From Nitrosopumilus maritimus SCM1 (lineage in GTDB: Archaea > Thermoproteota > Nitrososphaeria > Nitrososphaerales > Nitrosopumilaceae), in NCBI RefSeq assembly GCF_000018465.1, contig NC_010085.1:1500001-1532000 (forward strand): a DNA stretch of 32,000 nucleotides, in the 5' to 3' direction. The translations under genes and the position numbers were made by a program. The notes below the pieces were generated by a model. It searched no databases and had not been told where the DNA came from. It worked only from the letters and a program-made list of their open reading frames with translations. Below, one piece after another: positions 1 to 9,628 of this stretch (positions are counted from its first letter, which is position 1; each line of letters begins with the position of its first letter).

Positions 1-94
1 TTTTCTCAGAATTGTATTTTGAATAAAGAACATACAATCCAGGAATTATCAAAAGCAAAAATAATGCATAAAGATATTCAAAATGAATTTCCAT
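1..94 (-). CDS. Partial N-terminus of a membrane protein (MEIHFEYLYALFLLLIIPGLYVLYSKYNSEK...), possibly BatA/vWA-like, continuing out of the window
   Basis: ATG at 94..92 directly follows the TAG of the DUF58 gene (95..97). GGAGGAG Shine-Dalgarno on the minus strand upstream, open frame to the window edge, hydrophobic N-terminus, and MoxR-DUF58 operon context. Confidence 0.6.
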   Translation of the reverse strand, partial: MEIHFEYLYALFLLLIIPGLYVLYSKYNSEK

Positions 95-967
95 CTATTT
101 TCTCCTCCGAGTATGAATATAGCGATTAAATGTAACATCAAAGGGTTCCTCATTTGAAAGATTCAAAAAATCAACTCCCAGTTTTTTCATTTCATATTCA
201 ATTTCTTCTCTAGTCTTCTTAATAAGATTAGAATACTCTTCTTGGAATTTTTTATCAGAAGTGTTTACCAGTATTTGTTCTCCAGATTCTGCATCCTCTA
301 GATATACATGACCAATTTCAGGAATCTCTGTTTCACGAATATCAGAAATATTTACTAAAACAATTTGATGTTTTAATTTTAGATATTGCAATGGCTTTAC
401 GAATGAATCTGACATAAAATCTGAAACAACAAAAACAACACTTCGACGTTTTAGATTTTTTTGTAATTCTGATAATGATCTAAAGATATCTGTTTGTGTA
501 CTTTGAGGAGTGTATTCTAATAATTTTTTTAAAATTTCCATCATGTGTTTTTTGCCTTTTTTTGCAGGAACAAATTTTTCCAATGAATCTGTAAAAAGAC
601 CCAATCCAACTCTGTCATTGTTCTTTAGTGCAGAAAACATCAGAGAAGCTGTTATCTCAAATCCAAGTTCTTTTTTACTCTTTACAAAACCAAAGTCATT
701 ACTTGCAGACATGTCCATTACAACATAGACGTTAAGCTCTTTTTCTTCGACAAACTCTTTTACAAAAAGATCATTGTATCTAGCTGAAACATTCCAATCC
801 ACTCTTCTGGCATCATCACCAGCTGCATACTCTCTAACCTCAGAGAACTCAATTCCTCCACCTCTAAATCTGGACCTGTAGGCACCAGATTCCATGCCTT
901 CGACTAGATTTTTGGTCTTGATATCCAGGTTTTTTACCTGCTTCAAGAGTTCTGTGAGTTCAGTCAT
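95..967 (-). CDS. DUF58 domain-containing protein (vWA-like)
   Basis: 290-aa ORF with RSRFRGGGIEFSEVREYAAGDDARRVDWNVSARYNDLFVKEFVEE, the typical DUF58 motif, followed by a VVMDMSASN MIDAS-like segment. Adjacent to MoxR. Confidence 0.93.
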   Translation of the reverse strand: MTELTELLKQVKNLDIKTKNLVEGMESGAYRSRFRGGGIEFSEVREYAAGDDARRVDWNVSARYNDLFVKEFVEEKELNVYVVMDMSASNDFGFVKSKKELGFEITASLMFSALKNNDRVGLGLFTDSLEKFVPAKKGKKHMMEILKKLLEYTPQSTQTDIFRSLSELQKNLKRRSVVFVVSDFMSDSFVKPLQYLKLKHQIVLVNISDIRETEIPEIGHVYLEDAESGEQILVNTSDKKFQEEYSNLIKKTREEIEYEMKKLGVDFLNLSNEEPFDVTFNRYIHTRRRK

Positions 968-976
968 GGCCTAAAC

Positions 977-1999
977 CTAAGGCGGATTGATTTTTTCTAA
1001 AACAAAGTCAATTACCTTATCAGAGGTAATTCCGTTTGCTTCTGCCTCAAATGTCAAAATTATTCTATGTCTGAGAACTTCGTGTGCAACAGCTTTGACA
1101 TCTTCTGGAATAATGAAGCCCCTTCCATTAAGCATGGCATTTGCTTTTGCAGTTCTCATTAACCAAATTGATGCTCTAGGAGATGCTCCAAACTCTATCA
1201 TATTTTCTAAATCTAGATCATAGTCTTTTGGAGTTCGTGTTGCATTTACAATATCTGCGATATATTCTGTAACTACTTTATCAGCATAAATTTTTTCATT
1301 GAATTTTTGAATTTCTAAAATTTCTTCAGGACTGATAATTGTATTTACTTTATCTTCTTGTTCAGATGAATTTTTTTCAATAATCTCGAGTTCTTCTTGT
1401 TTTGAAGGATAATCAATTAAAATTTTCAGAGCAAATCTATCAACTTGTGCTTCAGGAAGTTTGTATGTTCCCTCGTTTTCAATTGGGTTTTGTGTTGCAA
1501 GAACTAGGAATGGTTTTTTTAATTCAAATGTGTCTCCGTGTATGCTGACATTTCTTTCTTGCATTGCTTCAAGTAATGCTGATTGGACTTTGGGTGGTGC
1601 ACGATTAATCTCATCAGCAAGCACAAAATTATGAAATATCGGACCCTTTTGTGTTACAAATGATCCTGAGGCATTCTTGTAAATTTTTGTTCCTAAAATA
1701 TCTGCTGGAAGTAAATCGGGTGTAAATTGAATTCTAACATGATCAACATTGAAAATTTGTGCCATTGTCTTTACCATCAATGTCTTTGCTAAACCAGGAA
1801 CACTCTCTAAGAGTACATGGCCATCAGCTATTATTGAAATGAGAATTTTCTGTAAAGCGTCTTGTTGTCCAATCACAACTTTATGAGATTCTTCAAAAAC
1901 TGCATTTAGTTTCTTTGCATACTTTTGAGCTTGCTCACTTAGCTTTTTGATATCTTCATTTGATACCGAATAGTTTACGTGATTCTCTCTCAGTGCCAT
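977..1999 (-). CDS. MoxR-family AAA+ ATPase
   Basis: 340 aa. Walker A-like LLESVPGLAKT, Walker B VLADEINRAPPKVQSALLEAMQE and ATQNPIENEGTYKLPEAQVDRF are characteristic of MoxR. Confidence 0.95.
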   Translation of the reverse strand: MALRENHVNYSVSNEDIKKLSEQAQKYAKKLNAVFEESHKVVIGQQDALQKILISIIADGHVLLESVPGLAKTLMVKTMAQIFNVDHVRIQFTPDLLPADILGTKIYKNASGSFVTQKGPIFHNFVLADEINRAPPKVQSALLEAMQERNVSIHGDTFELKKPFLVLATQNPIENEGTYKLPEAQVDRFALKILIDYPSKQEELEIIEKNSSEQEDKVNTIISPEEILEIQKFNEKIYADKVVTEYIADIVNATRTPKDYDLDLENMIEFGASPRASIWLMRTAKANAMLNGRGFIIPEDVKAVAHEVLRHRIILTFEAEANGITSDKVIDFVLEKINPP

Positions 2000-2126
2000 G
2001 TCGTAGAATGCCGTTTTCGGGATAAATATCAGACTGGTTCATTCGAAAGATGTACCAGTATTCATACGCACGGCGTAAACTGACCTTTTGAATTTGCAAT
2101 TCTTATTGTCTAGATTAAAAATTTGA

Positions 2127-3422
2127 TCAAACTACAATAATTTCTCGTTGTACTAGATTCTCAATTATGTTTAAGAATTGTTCATCAGTAATTTTTTCTT
2201 CATACCACCAACCTGCAGGAATTTGTACCCATTGAGGAATCTTCCATTGTGATTCAGAAACTACTTCACGCGTTGGAACAGATAGGATTTGTTTTTCAAA
2301 AAGAAAGTCAATTCCTTCTAAAAATTCTGAATCAGGAATTTGTTGAGTTGCCCACCAGTCAGCATTTTGTTTTACCCAAACAGGAACTGTAGGAAGTTCA
2401 GGAGGTAATCCTTTGTCAAAACCTGAAATCTTCAAAACACCTTGGGATTGAGGCTCAACAGTAAATGCAACATGCCAGAATCCCATATCATCAATGCTTT
2501 GGATAAATTCTATAGGTTCGTCATTTAGTGTGACAGAAAATTTTTCATTTCCAGAAATTGGAGCAAATTCAAAGTTTGCATATGTCTCTAATGGATAACT
2601 ATTGTAACCTCTAATTGTCATTGTTGTTCCAGATTCATCAAATTTTGCAGCTGAATACCATGCACCTGAATCGTATCTGAAATCAAAATCACCACCATTC
2701 TTCTTTGCAGTCACAGGAATTACAGTAGTATCAACTGGTGCAAAGCAACTATAGTAAAAGATATCCTCAGTTACTGAAGGATCAGGATACATTGTAAAGT
2801 CTAGAATTTCTCCAGGTTCAATTTTTTCAATATATTCGATATTTTGAGTAATATCTAGAACTTTTTCATATCCATGAACAACTGCAAAAATTTTTGGAAA
2901 GTGTATTGTTTCATTTCCAGTGTTTTGAATTCTGCCTGATATATGACCATCTTCATGTTTGACTAGTGTCTTATCATAAAGAATTTGGATTGGAACTGGA
3001 TTAGTCATTGTTTGTTCATAAATTAATTCAGGATTAACTAGAACTGGAGTGTTTGATTGTACTTCAGGAAATTTTATCTTAAATGGAATTTCTGTTCCAG
3101 CAGCAAGTGGAACATGCTGAATAGTTTTTGAAATTGTTTCAGAATTTTCAATTACAGAAACGGTAATTGTAGGAATTATTGCAAAATCATTTTCATTTTT
3201 AACATTACCAACTACAGTGTAAATTCCAGTTGAATCAAAATATCCCAAGTACTCATGTAATGGAACATAAACTTCAGCAAAACTCAAACTAGGAGAAAAC
3301 AGAATGATTGAGAAAAATCCTAGTAATAGAAGAATTTGTGGTTGAGAAACTCTAGAAAGAGTTGATGATATCTTCGAATCCAGAAGTTGGTTTTTCAAGT
3401 AGGCTTGGTCTATAGTCTTCAA
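2127..3422 (-). CDS. Secreted protein with two C-terminal tryptophan-rich repeats (VPVWVKQNADWW / IPQWVQIPAGWW); start codon uncertain
   Basis: 431-aa ORF with signal-like hydrophobic stretch QILLLLGFFSIILFSPSLSFAE. The annotated start overlaps the upstream regulator by 71 bp. A TTG at 3398 is an alternative. Confidence 0.8.
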   Translation of the reverse strand: MKTIDQAYLKNQLLDSKISSTLSRVSQPQILLLLGFFSIILFSPSLSFAEVYVPLHEYLGYFDSTGIYTVVGNVKNENDFAIIPTITVSVIENSETISKTIQHVPLAAGTEIPFKIKFPEVQSNTPVLVNPELIYEQTMTNPVPIQILYDKTLVKHEDGHISGRIQNTGNETIHFPKIFAVVHGYEKVLDITQNIEYIEKIEPGEILDFTMYPDPSVTEDIFYYSCFAPVDTTVIPVTAKKNGGDFDFRYDSGAWYSAAKFDESGTTMTIRGYNSYPLETYANFEFAPISGNEKFSVTLNDEPIEFIQSIDDMGFWHVAFTVEPQSQGVLKISGFDKGLPPELPTVPVWVKQNADWWATQQIPDSEFLEGIDFLFEKQILSVPTREVVSESQWKIPQWVQIPAGWWYEEKITDEQFLNIIENLVQREIIVV

Positions 3423-3852
3423 CTAGTTTATCTATCAAGTCTCTGACTTTAATATGATATCTTTTTTTGAGTTGAACAACTTTTGTTTCTACTAGTCCAT
3501 CATCAACTAGTTGTGACAAATACAATGACACGGTTGATGGGGATTTGTTTACCTCTTTAACTAGTTGAGGAAATTCTAAACCATCTTCTTTGACTAGTGC
3601 AAGTAACAAATCACGTGGAGTTTGTTTTCTTAATGCTTTGATAACAATTGATTCATCTTCTGTAATTTGTGGAGGATAGAATCTAGCTTGTCTTGGACCA
3701 CGATCAGCTTTGATAACTCCGTTTCTTTCTAATTTATCTAGATAATGACTTAGTACTCCATTTTTTAATCCAGAAGAACGCATGATTTCACGGAATTGGA
3801 TTCCTGGATTTTTTTCTATTATTTCTTGAATTTGTGAATCTCTATCAGTCAT
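3352..3852 (-). CDS. Tandem winged-helix (MarR/ArsR-like) transcriptional regulator
   Basis: 166 aa. Two wHTH segments: IQFREIMRSSGLKNGVLSHYLDKLERNGVIKADRG and LQFPQLVKEVNKSPSTVSLYLSQLVDDGLVETKV. Confidence 0.85.
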   Translation of the reverse strand: MTDRDSQIQEIIEKNPGIQFREIMRSSGLKNGVLSHYLDKLERNGVIKADRGPRQARFYPPQITEDESIVIKALRKQTPRDLLLALVKEDGLEFPQLVKEVNKSPSTVSLYLSQLVDDGLVETKVVQLKKRYHIKVRDLIDKLVEDYRPSLLEKPTSGFEDIINSF

Positions 3853-4237
3853 TTCTAAACACTCCTAACGCTAGCAATCCTAATGTTGCAAAGGTCAATA
3901 AATGTCCTACCTCTGCAAGAGGCATAAATTCTAGATCATAGATGCTTGGCCATGTTGCATCAACTAACAAAACAACTTCAGCTGCAATAAAGTTGGCAAA
4001 TGCTATAGAGCTAAGTAAAAGTCGTTTTGTTCTTAATCGATAGTATGCAAATCCTGCAAGTATTGAGATGAAAACTGCAAGAGTAATTCCTCCAACATGT
4101 AAAAAGATGTGAGCGATATGATGCCCATGTAGTAAATGAGGGATGATTACTGGTAAAGCCAAAATTGCAACAACACCAGTAACTACAAGAGAAAATAGCA
4201 TAGATTTTTTCTCTAGTATCCTTTCAGCTCTAAACAA
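3845..4237 (-). CDS. Small multi-pass membrane protein
   Basis: 130 aa with about four hydrophobic helices. Overlaps the start of the wHTH gene by 8 bp, so likely co-transcribed. Confidence 0.7.
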   Translation of the reverse strand: MFRAERILEKKSMLFSLVVTGVVAILALPVIIPHLLHGHHIAHIFLHVGGITLAVFISILAGFAYYRLRTKRLLLSSIAFANFIAAEVVLLVDATWPSIYDLEFMPLAEVGHLLTFATLGLLALGVFRND

Positions 4238-4300
4238 AGTAATGAAATTTGATTAATTTTTCATTTAAAGCAACTGGTTCAATTCTCGAACTAGCATCGA

Positions 4301-5851
4301 TCAGACACGAATGATTCCCTTTTGAATCAAATATTCCAGTCCTTGGACAAATGTCTGATCGTCTATTTGTTTTGCAGCCCACCATGCAGCATTGTTTCTA
4401 ATCCATGATGGAATTTCTTGGGATGAAGAATCTTGTTGTTGTGTTGATGGAATTACAATTATTTTGTTTTTGATGAGATATTCAATTCCTTGAACAAATG
4501 TATTATCATCAATTTGTTCTTCAGACCACCACAATGCATTGTTTCTAATCCAATCAGGAATTGTAATTTCTTTTTGAGATGTAACTCTATCAATTACAAT
4601 TGGAATAGTTGTTCTTGCAAGATCATTATTATCTAAATTATTAAAATTTAGATTAACAATTCCTGTAACATCTTGTGGAATTGTAAACTCTACTACATTA
4701 TGTTCTTCTCTTGAATCAGTACTTGTTCCACTTTGTTGGTAAATGACTTTGTTATTTTGTGTAATAGAGAAATCATAATTTGTTGCTATAGGTTTGTTTT
4801 TCAAGAAAACATCAGTTACATCAAATAATATTTTTGCATCAGAACCAGATTGCAAGTTTTCAGGTTCCCAAGATGCAAAAATTCGAAATTGTCCATTTTC
4901 AGTAACTGAGCTCATATGCGGATAATCTCTATCAGGAGTAATTAGGAAATTCATGCCATTTTCATTTGAGCCATTTTCAAGAACTCGGAGTAATTCTTGT
5001 TGATAAATAATAAAATGCACCACACGACCGTCAGAAAAAAAGTCATCTATTGTAGATATGTCATCAGAGAGTTCTACTCCATTAATGTACATGGTGAATC
5101 CAGATACAAGCAAATCACCATAGGTTTTTGGAATATCTAACTCTTCATGGACAACTGATGTTTGATTGATGTTTGTATGACTCCATTCAAAAGGCATTGA
5201 AAATCTAATCTCTTTTGAATCAGTATCATATTCAAAGTCAGATATTTCATCATAGTAAGTAATTACGTCAATGCTTTGTTCTCCAAAGTTTGGATCAACA
5301 AAATCATGGCTAGAGGTTTGGGCAATAGAAATTCCTGCATTAAACACTAGTGGTTTTTCAAGTGTTTTTGAATATCCATCAGCAGTAAGTATACTGATAT
5401 CAAATTTGTACAGTCCACCCTCACTGAGTTTTGGGCCTTTGACATGAATTAGTCTACTATCTAATCCCAATATGGAACCAAAGAAATTAGCACCAGTTTC
5501 TTCTTCTATTACAATAGAATCAGTTTCTTCTGAAACAAAATTGAATACTAGAAAACCATTATCTGTTTTGAATTCTTGCTCAAAGAGAAATTGGTTTCCT
5601 TTCTCAGATTTTATGTGAAATGTAACATCACGTAGTGTAATTTTTGAATCAAAGTCAATCAGAGAAATAGAGATTTGTTGATCGTCATCTGCTTCAGGAT
5701 CACTTTGTGATGAAGAAACCTCTACAGTTACTTGTTTTCCATCAAGGTTTACAGGAGGAAATGTCTCACTTCCTACACCATGACCAAAGGCACTATCAAA
5801 AGTAAATACAAACAACAATGGCAGTAAAAGTAACAGGAATAGATTTTTCAA
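4301..5851 (-). CDS. Secreted protein with two C-terminal IPxWIRNNAxWW repeats; proposed TTG start at 5851 (ORF track start 5923)
   Basis: The TTG start gives MKNLFLLLLLPLLFVFTFDSAFG, a clean signal peptide, and begins 1 nt after the stop of the upstream 68-aa ORF. Paralogous in layout to 6093..7811. Confidence 0.82.
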   Translation of the reverse strand: MKNLFLLLLLPLLFVFTFDSAFGHGVGSETFPPVNLDGKQVTVEVSSSQSDPEADDDQQISISLIDFDSKITLRDVTFHIKSEKGNQFLFEQEFKTDNGFLVFNFVSEETDSIVIEEETGANFFGSILGLDSRLIHVKGPKLSEGGLYKFDISILTADGYSKTLEKPLVFNAGISIAQTSSHDFVDPNFGEQSIDVITYYDEISDFEYDTDSKEIRFSMPFEWSHTNINQTSVVHEELDIPKTYGDLLVSGFTMYINGVELSDDISTIDDFFSDGRVVHFIIYQQELLRVLENGSNENGMNFLITPDRDYPHMSSVTENGQFRIFASWEPENLQSGSDAKILFDVTDVFLKNKPIATNYDFSITQNNKVIYQQSGTSTDSREEHNVVEFTIPQDVTGIVNLNFNNLDNNDLARTTIPIVIDRVTSQKEITIPDWIRNNALWWSEEQIDDNTFVQGIEYLIKNKIIVIPSTQQQDSSSQEIPSWIRNNAAWWAAKQIDDQTFVQGLEYLIQKGIIRV

Positions 5852-5852
5852 A

Positions 5853-6059
5853 TTATGTCCACTTGTTTGGATCTTTTTTACGAATTTCTTTTCCATCAAT
5901 TGTAACAGAGTCTTTTTCTTCAAAGATTGTATGCCATTTACCGTTACTAGGGAAAATTTTGTTCATCTCTTCAACTTTTTTACTGGTTGGAGCTTTATTC
6001 ATCAAAGCTCCCCACCTCATGTTAGGAACTTTTGGCATGATATCATTGATGTCTTTCAT
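5853..6059 (-). CDS. Hypothetical 68-aa soluble protein (MKDINDIMPKVPNMRWGALMNKAPTSKKVEEMNKIF...)
   Basis: Polar, lysine-rich protein-like composition. TTTTAAATAA box A (6081..6090, minus) centred about 26 nt upstream of the ATG, fitting a leaderless archaeal promoter. The gene ends just before the proposed TTG start of the downstream gene. Confidence 0.6.
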   Translation of the reverse strand: MKDINDIMPKVPNMRWGALMNKAPTSKKVEEMNKIFPSNGKWHTIFEEKDSVTIDGKEIRKKDPNKWT

Positions 6060-6092
6060 TTTATTATCACTTTACTGAATTTATTTAAAAAC

Positions 6093-7811
6093 TTATGATT
6101 GAACTTTCATGATTCCTTCTTTAATCAAGAATTGAATTCCTTGGATAAAGGCATCATCATCAATTGCGCCTTCTGCCCACCAACCTGCATTGTTTTTAAT
6201 CCATGCTGGAATTTCATTAGAACCTGTACCTTCACCTGCAGAGGTTGGGGGGATTTGCAAAATATTTTCTTTAACTAAATATTGAATTCCCTGAACAAAA
6301 GAACCATCATCTATTTGTCCAGCAGCCCACCATTCTGCATTGTTCTTAATCCATGCAGGAATTGCGGCCGGTGTTTGTTCTTCAGGTGTAGGCACAGTTT
6401 TACCAGTACTAGGACCTAACTCAATTATTCCTGAACCAATTCCTGCATAAGTCTCATCATATGCTAATCCAGTACCTAAGGCTCTAATGTCAATCCTATA
6501 GACTCCTTGTGATGGGACATAGATTTTCTTTATGTCAATTCCTTCAGTGGCCACTATTCCTGGCATTTGTGGATCATCTCCCAAAAAGGTCTCTAGGACT
6601 TCATCGTTTTCGTCAATAAATGATACAACATATCTCATATCTCGAATAAGTTCTCTATTTTCATCAAAGAATGTAATCTCAAATGGAATTTCATCTCCTG
6701 CGCCATAACTTCCATCCCATGAAATGTTAACAGTTGTTGGAACAGGTTCATAGTTTGTAGTGTCTACTAGATAAAATTCAGTTGATTGTTTTTCTATTTC
6801 ATCAAGTGGAACGAGTTTCAAATCCATTTTTGGATTTTCATAGTTTGCTTCACCTAATGTCTCGTTAATTCTTTGTAATTCTTGATTAGTAATTAGAAAG
6901 TGAACAACGTTAGTATCATCATATGAGTATGGATCATTTAGTAATGCTCTTTGATCAACCTCGATACCATTAACATATCCTTTGAATTGTTTACCTTCTG
7001 CATATGGTGCAAATGTTTTTGGGACTCTAACTTCTTCATGAACTACTTGGACCAAATCAACATATTCTGGAGTCCAGTCAAATGGCATATCAAATGAAAT
7101 TGAATTATCTGATTGATCAAAGTTGAAATTATCAACTTGATCATAGTATGTTTTGACAACAACTGGAATGTCTGCATTTGCAGTTTGTATCATAAAGTTT
7201 TGATCTTGTGCAATACTAACAAAAGTATCATAGCTTAACAAATTTGCCAAGATAGATTTTGGACTGGTTGCAGCTTCAATATCAACACGGATTTGATACA
7301 ATCCACCTTCTATGAATATTGGACCCGTAATTTCAGGTCTTGCACACACATCTAAATTCTCATCATTACAATCCGTACCATAAACAAATAGAGCACCAGG
7401 TGCACTGACATGTTCTGAACCATAATAAACAGAACATTGATGTAGATTTTCCTCATTACAATCAGTTTTTGGTGTTATTTTTACATCTAGTCGTCCATCC
7501 AAATCATAAAACAAGTTTCTAGCTAAAAGTTCTCCACTTTGCCAAACTTCTATTCTGTAGGTTACTTTGTCAAGATTGGTATCAGTCACAGTATCAAAGA
7601 AACGAACTTGCATGTTTGCGGTATCAACTTCACCTACTGTAATATCAGATGGAGTTAGTTGTGTGCTAACAGTCACTGCCATATCACCAAAAGAGATAGC
7701 AGGAGCTTGATCTCCACCTAGACCATGTCCAAAGACATCAGGTACTAATGCAGGTATTGTGAAAATTCCAATTATCGTAATGAATAACGCAAATTTGTTA
7801 TGCAATACCAA
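6093..7811 (-). CDS. Secreted protein with two C-terminal [12 protein letters not shown] repeats
   Basis: 572 aa with signal peptide [30 protein letters not shown]. Similar to the 4301..5851 product (FGHGxG, [13 protein letters not shown] vs DSKEIRFSMPFEW, VHEE(V/L)xxPKT, YxxQVDNF vs YYDEISDF). Confidence 0.9.
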   Translation of the reverse strand: MVLHNKFALFITIIGIFTIPALVPDVFGHGLGGDQAPAISFGDMAVTVSTQLTPSDITVGEVDTANMQVRFFDTVTDTNLDKVTYRIEVWQSGELLARNLFYDLDGRLDVKITPKTDCNEENLHQCSVYYGSEHVSAPGALFVYGTDCNDENLDVCARPEITGPIFIEGGLYQIRVDIEAATSPKSILANLLSYDTFVSIAQDQNFMIQTANADIPVVVKTYYDQVDNFNFDQSDNSISFDMPFDWTPEYVDLVQVVHEEVRVPKTFAPYAEGKQFKGYVNGIEVDQRALLNDPYSYDDTNVVHFLITNQELQRINETLGEANYENPKMDLKLVPLDEIEKQSTEFYLVDTTNYEPVPTTVNISWDGSYGAGDEIPFEITFFDENRELIRDMRYVVSFIDENDEVLETFLGDDPQMPGIVATEGIDIKKIYVPSQGVYRIDIRALGTGLAYDETYAGIGSGIIELGPSTGKTVPTPEEQTPAAIPAWIKNNAEWWAAGQIDDGSFVQGIQYLVKENILQIPPTSAGEGTGSNEIPAWIKNNAGWWAEGAIDDDAFIQGIQFLIKEGIMKVQS

Positions 7812-7915
7812 AACAATGTTAATTCCATATTTAAAGATGGCATAGTATTCCTATACGTGAGATTTTTTTTAAGAATGATGGTACGATTTTTATTTATCAA
7901 TTTTTGAAGTACGGT

Positions 7916-8743
7916 ATGAAGATTCTGTTTGTATTATTACTTATTCCATTTTTAATGGTTCCAGCATTTGCTGAAACTCAAACATTACCCACAGAAAAGA
8001 ATACTCTTGATGTTAAATTAACATACGATACCATTGAGCCAGGTATTCAAACTAAGATCAACATAGATTTTATTAATCCACAAACTCAAAAAGTTCAAGA
8101 ACACATTGACTATACAGTAGTTGTTTCAAAAGATGGTGAGACTGTATTTGGTCCAATTCCACTTACACATACTTCTCTGGGTTCTGTCAAAATCCCAATA
8201 GAATTTAATCGTGGTGAAGGAGTGTATTCAATGGACTTTGAAGTTGAAGGAATTTTATTCCAACCAATTCCAAGAGAGACTGTATCTTTTGATATTCAAG
8301 TAGGTGAAGCCAATGCACAACCAATTACACCACCTGAAGACAACAATGATGAGAATAATGGAGAAAATGGGGGTTGTCTTATTGCAACAGCAACATTTGG
8401 TTCAGAACTTGCACCACAAGTACAACAACTTAGGGAACTTAGAGACAACACAGTTCTCAAAACAAATTCAGGAATTACATTTATGACAACTTTTAATCAA
8501 TTCTATTATTCGTTCTCACCAGTTATTGCAGACTTTGAAAGAGAGCAACCATTATTCAAAGAAGTTATGAAAGTAACACTCACTCCAATGTTATCATCAT
8601 TATCATTGCTTAATCATGCAGATATTGATTCAGAACAAGAGATGTTAGGTTATGGCATATCCATAGTACTGCTAAATCTTGGAATGTATGTTGGAATTCC
8701 TATATTTGGAATTCTAAAGTTGTACCAATTTAGAAAAAACTAG
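7916..8743 (+). CDS. Secreted/membrane protein with CFI-box-type C-terminal domain
   Basis: The ORF opens with TTG at 7904, but ATG at 7916 gives MKILFVLLLIPFLMVPAFA. GGCLIATATFGSELAPQVQQLRELRDN matches the CFI-box-CTERM type motif, followed by C-terminal hydrophobic segments. Confidence 0.82.
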   Translation: MKILFVLLLIPFLMVPAFAETQTLPTEKNTLDVKLTYDTIEPGIQTKINIDFINPQTQKVQEHIDYTVVVSKDGETVFGPIPLTHTSLGSVKIPIEFNRGEGVYSMDFEVEGILFQPIPRETVSFDIQVGEANAQPITPPEDNNDENNGENGGCLIATATFGSELAPQVQQLRELRDNTVLKTNSGITFMTTFNQFYYSFSPVIADFEREQPLFKEVMKVTLTPMLSSLSLLNHADIDSEQEMLGYGISIVLLNLGMYVGIPIFGILKLYQFRKN

Positions 8744-8802
8744 GATTCACTTATTGGAAATTCTAGTGAGGTTTTTATGTATCCAACAAAGTAAACTGTT
8801 TA

Positions 8803-9615
8803 ATGAAGACTATAGCAATTTGCTCTCTCTTCGTACTATTTGCAATGGTAGCTGGATTAGTTGCAACAACGCCAGCAGCATTTGCAAACCATCCAGAAGT
8901 CACAATCGTACCAGCATCAGGTTCTGGTGCACCAGGTTGTGAAGAAACAGCAGATGGATGTTACATTCCAAGTACTGCAACAGTTGATGTTGGAGGTGTT
9001 GTAATCATGTCAAATACTGACACTGCAGCACACACATACACTTCAGGAACTCCAGATGATGGACCAGACGGTATCTTTGATACTAGTTTGTTAATGGCCG
9101 GAAGTTCATTTGAATGGAGTCCAACTGAAGAAGGTGAATATCCTTACTTCTGTATGGTACATCCTTGGATGCAAGGTACGATTATAGCTGCAGCAGCAGG
9201 AGCTGACGATCATGGTGACGATGGCGGTGAATTAATGGTTTCAATTGCAGATTCACAAGTATTGGGTGGAACACAAATTGAACTTACATTCAGCGAATTA
9301 CACGTCAACTATGACATTACTGCAACACAAGGTGGCGAAGTAGTCCTACAAGAAACTAATCAACACGCAATGGAGTCTACAGCAACGCATCAAATTGATG
9401 CACTAGGTGCTGATGACAATCCAATTGATGTAGAAATTGTTTCTCTAGGAATTGGAGCACCAGGTGCTGAAGCAGATTGGACTGGACCAACAGGTGTAGT
9501 TGCAACTGCTAAAGTTGTTCCAGAATTTGGTACAATCGTAATGATGGTACTAACTGTTGCAATCATAAGCATTGTAGCAGTAACTGCAAAATCTAGAGTT
9601 ATTCCAAGATTTTAG
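8803..9615 (+). CDS. Plastocyanin/halocyanin-like type 1 copper protein with PEFG-CTERM tail
   Basis: 270 aa. Copper ligands in AAHTYTSG and YPYFCMVHPWMQG, C-terminal VPEFGTIVMMVLTVAIISIVAVTAKSRVIPRF. Confidence 0.92.
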   Translation: MKTIAICSLFVLFAMVAGLVATTPAAFANHPEVTIVPASGSGAPGCEETADGCYIPSTATVDVGGVVIMSNTDTAAHTYTSGTPDDGPDGIFDTSLLMAGSSFEWSPTEEGEYPYFCMVHPWMQGTIIAAAAGADDHGDDGGELMVSIADSQVLGGTQIELTFSELHVNYDITATQGGEVVLQETNQHAMESTATHQIDALGADDNPIDVEIVSLGIGAPGAEADWTGPTGVVATAKVVPEFGTIVMMVLTVAIISIVAVTAKSRVIPRF

Positions 9616-9628
9616 GAATACTCTTTTT

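Noticed and set aside
510-1223. Plus-strand ORFs 510..728 and 987..1223
   Set aside because: Fully antisense to the strongly supported DUF58 and MoxR genes. No domain signature.
5818-6078. Plus-strand 86-aa hydrophobic ORF
   Set aside because: Antisense to the 68-aa gene and the signal-peptide region. Its hydrophobicity looks like a by-product of codon complementarity.
8304-8942. ORFs 8304..8486 (+) and 8754..8942 (+)
   Set aside because: Out-of-frame within the CFI-box protein and the plastocyanin. Odd composition and no initiation signals.
9390-9572. Minus-strand 60-aa ORF
   Set aside because: Antisense to the well-supported plastocyanin gene.
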